Assembly (NCBI GenBank): GCA_016177405.1
Contig: JACOVG010000009.1
Coordinates: forward strand, 1 to 63,503
DNA from: Candidatus Omnitrophota bacterium
GTDB taxonomy: Bacteria; Omnitrophota; Gorgyraeia; 1-14-0-20-64-10
Direction of reading: 5' to 3'
Length of the DNA stretch: 63,503 nucleotides
Program-made: the position numbers and the translations under genes
The notes under the pieces: model-generated
Told to the model about the DNA's origin: nothing
Seen by the model: the letters and a program-made list of their open reading frames with translations, nothing else
Database searches by the model: none
Shown here: one piece after another, positions 59,911 through 63,503 of the stretch
Layout of the letters: each line of letters starts with the position of its first letter
Numbering within the stretch: position 1 is the stretch's first letter

Positions 59911-61931
59911 AGCGAGCGGCGAAGCTCCGCCTCGGCGTCCACCTCGTCCCGGTTGATCCTGCGAAGAAGCTCCTTGGCCCTCTCCTTGAGCGCCGGGCTT
60001 GCCGCCTTGGCGTAGGCGAGCGAACGGGCCAACTGCACCGTCATCCGGAAATAGCGGATGAGCTCCCCCTCGGCGCACTGGGAAGGGTCCACCGTCTTCT
60101 CGAAGCCGGCCCCGGCCACCCACTTCTCCATCGCGAAGGAAAGCTGAAAAGCGGGCCTTTTGGTCAAGGGGCTGATCCGAAGCTTCCTTTCCTCGTGATG
60201 GATCCTCTCCAAATAACTCTCCACCTCCTCGGCCAGGCCCCGAATGCGCCGGGGCAGGCGGACCGGCGCCAGGCCCCTTCTCGGCTCGTAGGCCATCGCC
60301 AACAGGAGCAGGCTCAAGTCGGTCAGATCCAGCGAGGCGAGCAACCCCTTCTCGAAGAGCTCCGACAGAATCAGCTCGGTGCCGTAAAACTGCAGGGCGA
60401 ATTCTCCCTTGGGGGTCAGGCGCTCTCCCTCGAGGTAGCGCCACCGGGTGAGGAGCTCCCGCCGCCGCTCGATCAGCTCGAAGGCCTGCCGCTGATGGAA
60501 GCTCGGGGCCTGGAAGGCGTGCAGGGTCTTCTGATAAAAGGGAAGCAGGCTTTTGCCGTAGCTTCGATGGAGGCTCAAAATGGTGGCGTAGGTGAGGGAG
60601 AATCGGCTGATCACCTCTTCCGGTTTCCCCTGGATCAGCTTGGCCACCTCCGGGAAGGGGGCCTCCCACGGGTTCACCCGAAGGGTGACGAAGCCGGCCT
60701 CATCCATCCCCCGCCGCCCGGCTCGCCCGGCCATCTGAAAGAATTCCCTGACCCGCATCACCTTCCGGGGGCCGTCGGCCCTTTTCAAGAGGGAGTCCAG
60801 GACCACCGACCGGGCCGGCATGTTGACCCCCAGGGCGAAGGTCTCGGTGGTCACGATCACCTGAAGAAGCCGGCTGGCGAAGAGGATCTCCACCACCTCT
60901 TTGAGCGTGGGCAAGAGCCCGGCGTGGTGAAAGGCCACCCCCTGGCGGACCAGCTCCCGCATCTGGCCGACCGAGGGCTCGTGGGGGATCTGATACTTCT
61001 GGACCAAGGCCTCAAACCGCTCATCCAAGAGGCGGCCCGTTTCAGGGTCGGTGAGATTCAGCCCGGCGAATTCCCAGGCGAGCTCCTCCACCCGCCGGCG
61101 GCTGAAGGCGAACCAAAGGCAGGGAAAACCTCCGGAGCCCTGGACCTTCCGGATGAGGTGATCCGCGCGGTTCGCGCGGCCCTTGGGCTCCCAGGAGCTC
61201 AGGGCCGGGCCGGCGCGCCCCTTGAAGAACCTCCTTCCGCCGCGCGCCCTGCGCGTCCGAAAAGGGGAGCGCTGAAAACCGGTGAGCCGCTCCCTGCCGG
61301 AGTAGCCGGAGGTTTTGAGGCTGGCCAGGTCCCGGTACCATTCGTCCTGGCACTGAAAGGAGAACCTTAACGGCACCGGGCGAACGCTCTCTTCGATCAC
61401 CCGGACCGGCCGCTCGTGGATCTTCTCGATCCAGGCGGCGAGCTGTTTGGCGTTGGGGATGGTGGCGCTAAGAGCCAGGATCTCGGTCTCGCGGGGGGTC
61501 AGCAGGAGGGCTTCCTCCCAGACGGTCCCGCGCTCCGGGTCGTCCAGGTAGTGGACCTCGTCGAAGATGATCCACCGGCAGCGGCCGAAACGCCCCCTTT
61601 CCTCGAGCAAGCTGTTGCGGTAGATCTCGGTCGTCATGATGAGGAAGGGGGCTTCGGGATTCAGGGTGACGTCTCCGGTCAGGATCCCGACCCGGTCGCC
61701 GTAGCGGGCGTGGAAATCCCGGTATTTCTGGTTGCTCAAGGCCTTGATCGGGGCGGTGTAGATGGCCATCCCCTTTTCGCGGAGGGCTTCCTCCACCGCG
61801 ACCTCGGCGATGACGGTCTTGCCTGCTCCGGTGGGGGCCGAGACGAAGGCCGACAGCCCTTGGCGGATGGCGGAGATCGCCTCTTCCTGAAAACGATCGT
61901 ATTTAAAGGGGTGCATTCCTCTATGATACAA
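59907..61931 (-). CDS. Ski2/HelY-like DEAD/DEAH-box SF2 helicase
   Basis: SAPTGAGKT, FDEVHYLDD, LSATIPN, HHAGLLP, QMAGRAGRRG. Confidence 0.75.
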   Translation of the reverse strand: MYHRGMHPFKYDRFQEEAISAIRQGLSAFVSAPTGAGKTVIAEVAVEEALREKGMAIYTAPIKALSNQKYRDFHARYGDRVGILTGDVTLNPEAPFLIMTTEIYRNSLLEERGRFGRCRWIIFDEVHYLDDPERGTVWEEALLLTPRETEILALSATIPNAKQLAAWIEKIHERPVRVIEESVRPVPLRFSFQCQDEWYRDLASLKTSGYSGRERLTGFQRSPFRTRRARGGRRFFKGRAGPALSSWEPKGRANRADHLIRKVQGSGGFPCLWFAFSRRRVEELAWEFAGLNLTDPETGRLLDERFEALVQKYQIPHEPSVGQMRELVRQGVAFHHAGLLPTLKEVVEILFASRLLQVIVTTETFALGVNMPARSVVLDSLLKRADGPRKVMRVREFFQMAGRAGRRGMDEAGFVTLRVNPWEAPFPEVAKLIQGKPEEVISRFSLTYATILSLHRSYGKSLLPFYQKTLHAFQAPSFHQRQAFELIERRRELLTRWRYLEGERLTPKGEFALQFYGTELILSELFEKGLLASLDLTDLSLLLLAMAYEPRRGLAPVRLPRRIRGLAEEVESYLERIHHEERKLRISPLTKRPAFQLSFAMEKWVAGAGFEKTVDPSQCAEGELIRYFRMTVQLARSLAYAKAASPALKERAKELLRRINRDEVDAEAELRRSL

Positions 61932-61960
61932 TGACCCCGCCGTTACAAAGGAGGGATAAG

Positions 61961-62335
61961 ATGCGCGTAAAATTATTGGTGTTGGTTCTGATCACAGCGG
62001 TGGCGCTGGTGTCGTGCCCGCAGGCTTGGGCGCTGGGGGCCGAGGTGGATACCGGTGCTCTGGTGGTGACCAAGCTTTTCCGCGGGATCGTGAACGCCGC
62101 GACCGGCTGGATTGAGATTCCCAAGCACGTCTCGCTCACCTGGCAGGCGAGCGGGCCCGGCGTCGGCATGACGTGGGGCCTGGTCAAGGGGTTGGGTTTC
62201 GCGGTGGCCCGGTCCGTGGCGGGCGGTTATGAGATCGCCACCTTCCCCATGCCGATTCCGGAGGGCTACCGGCCGATCATGCATCCGGAGTACGTGCTGT
62301 CGGATCTTCCGGGCAGCTCGCAGCCTTCTCGATAA
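61961..62335 (+). CDS. exosortase-system-associated TIGR04073-like secreted protein
   Basis: Signal LLVLVLITAVALVSCPQAWA. KLFRGIVNAATGWIEIP and GGYEIATFP motifs as I recall for that family. AAGGAGGG RBS before ATG 61961. Confidence 0.5.
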   Translation: MRVKLLVLVLITAVALVSCPQAWALGAEVDTGALVVTKLFRGIVNAATGWIEIPKHVSLTWQASGPGVGMTWGLVKGLGFAVARSVAGGYEIATFPMPIPEGYRPIMHPEYVLSDLPGSSQPSR

Positions 62336-62375
62336 GTTGAGCGGGCTGTAAGCCGGCTTCGCCGAAGCAAAGGCG

Positions 62376-63353
62376 ATGCGGTATCGGCGTTTTGGCCCAA
62401 GCCGGTGGAAGGTTTCGGAGATCGGCTTCGGCTGTTGGGCGATGGGCGGCTGGTGGGGCCCGCGGGACGATGCCCAGGCCCGCGACGCCGTGCATCTGGC
62501 CCTCGCGCGGGGCGTCAATTTCTTTGACACCGCCTACGTTTATGGCGAGGGCCACAGCGAGAAACTTCTGGGCGAGGCCCTGCGCGGCGCGAGACCGAAG
62601 CCCTTTGTCGCCACCAAGGTTCCCTCCAAGAACATGGCCTGGCCGGCCACGCCCCGCATGCGGATTCAAGACTGCTTTCCCGTCTCCTGGATCGTCCGCT
62701 GCACCGAGATCTCCCTCAAGCGGCTGGGCCTCAAGCGCCTGGACCTTCAGCAGATGCACGTTTGGACCGATGCCTGGGTTCAGGCGGAGGAATGGCGCAA
62801 GGCGGCCGAGCTCCTCAAACGCCAGGGCAAGATCCGGGCCTTCGGGGTCTCGGTGAACGACCACCAGCCGGATTCGGTCTTGAAATTGGCCGCCACCGGC
62901 GAGATCGACTCGGTGCAGGTGATTTACAACCTCTTCGATCCCTCCCCGGCGGAAGAGCTGCTTCCCCTGGCCAAGCGAAAAGGGGTGGCCGTCATCGCGC
63001 GGGTCCCCCTCGATGAAGGATCCTTGACCGGCGCCTTCACCCCAGCGACCCGTTTTCCCCGGGGCGATTGGCGCTCCGGCTATTTCAAGGGGGAGCGCCT
63101 CCGGCAGACCTGCGAGCGGGTGGAGAGGCTGCGGGGCTTTTTGAGGCCGGGGATTCCCACCTTATCCGCGCTGGCCCTCAAGTTCTGTTTGGAGCACCCG
63201 GCGGTTTCCACGGTGATCCCGGGAATGCGCCGCCCCAGCCATGTGGAGCTGAACTGCTCGGCCTCGAACGGCGTAAGAATTTCCCGGGAGGAACTGGCGG
63301 CCCTTCGGCTCCACGCCTGGAAGCGCAACTTCTACCAGGGGGCCTGGGACTAG
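62376..63353 (+). CDS. aldo/keto reductase
   Basis: GFGCWAMGG, NFFDTAYVYGEGHSE, AFGVSVN, IPGMRRPSHVELN. Confidence 0.8.
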   Translation: MRYRRFGPSRWKVSEIGFGCWAMGGWWGPRDDAQARDAVHLALARGVNFFDTAYVYGEGHSEKLLGEALRGARPKPFVATKVPSKNMAWPATPRMRIQDCFPVSWIVRCTEISLKRLGLKRLDLQQMHVWTDAWVQAEEWRKAAELLKRQGKIRAFGVSVNDHQPDSVLKLAATGEIDSVQVIYNLFDPSPAEELLPLAKRKGVAVIARVPLDEGSLTGAFTPATRFPRGDWRSGYFKGERLRQTCERVERLRGFLRPGIPTLSALALKFCLEHPAVSTVIPGMRRPSHVELNCSASNGVRISREELAALRLHAWKRNFYQGAWD

Positions 63354-63441
63354 GGTGACCCCGCCCCTCCTCAAACCCCAGCTTGCGACTCCCCGCGTCT
63401 CAACAAGCGGCCACGGGTCCTGCCGCCTGCGGGTACTCCCG

Positions 63442-63472
<31 letters not shown>

Positions 63473-63503
63473 CGGCGGCGGGTCCTCCCTCCGGCGTCAC
63501 CCG

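Overview
GC-rich bacterial chromosomal segment with ordinary core genes: archease-RtcB, SerS, DnaX-RecR, Ppc, a fused 2-oxoacid:ferredoxin oxidoreductase with Nfn/GltD-like partners, acyl-CoA dehydrogenase and an aldo/keto reductase. There are eight tRNA genes, four of them tRNA-Ser isoacceptors. Two visibly AT-richer accessory islands lie next to tRNA genes and hold almost everything of interest. Island 1 (about 4.5-11.7 kb, just downstream of tRNA-Ser-UGA) is a co-directional block: SIR2-like, XRE controller, type III Mod, type III Res with a C-terminal LexA-like S24 autopeptidase domain, then a second SIR2-like gene. Short direct repeats bracket the block. Island 2 (about 21.4-36.7 kb, just downstream of a tRNA-Asn interrupted by a group I intron) starts with an MNT-HEPN pair. 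It continues with an Abi/UG-type reverse transcriptase behind a structured leader, and an R-M-like trio: two methyltransferase-like ORFs with complementary motifs plus a T5orf172-SF2 helicase. After that comes a unidirectional array of small cassettes: HD (p)ppGpp-hydrolase-like, 2TM peptide plus PUA-like/HNH nuclease, PD-(D/E)xK plus SLATT-like membrane protein, TIR-like, AbiEii-like NTase plus HTH, and BrnT/BrnA. Two families of about 70-nt imperfect palindromes punctuate this array. No integrase, transposase, CRISPR array or rRNA was seen. All functional calls come from motifs read by eye in the translations; no database search was run.
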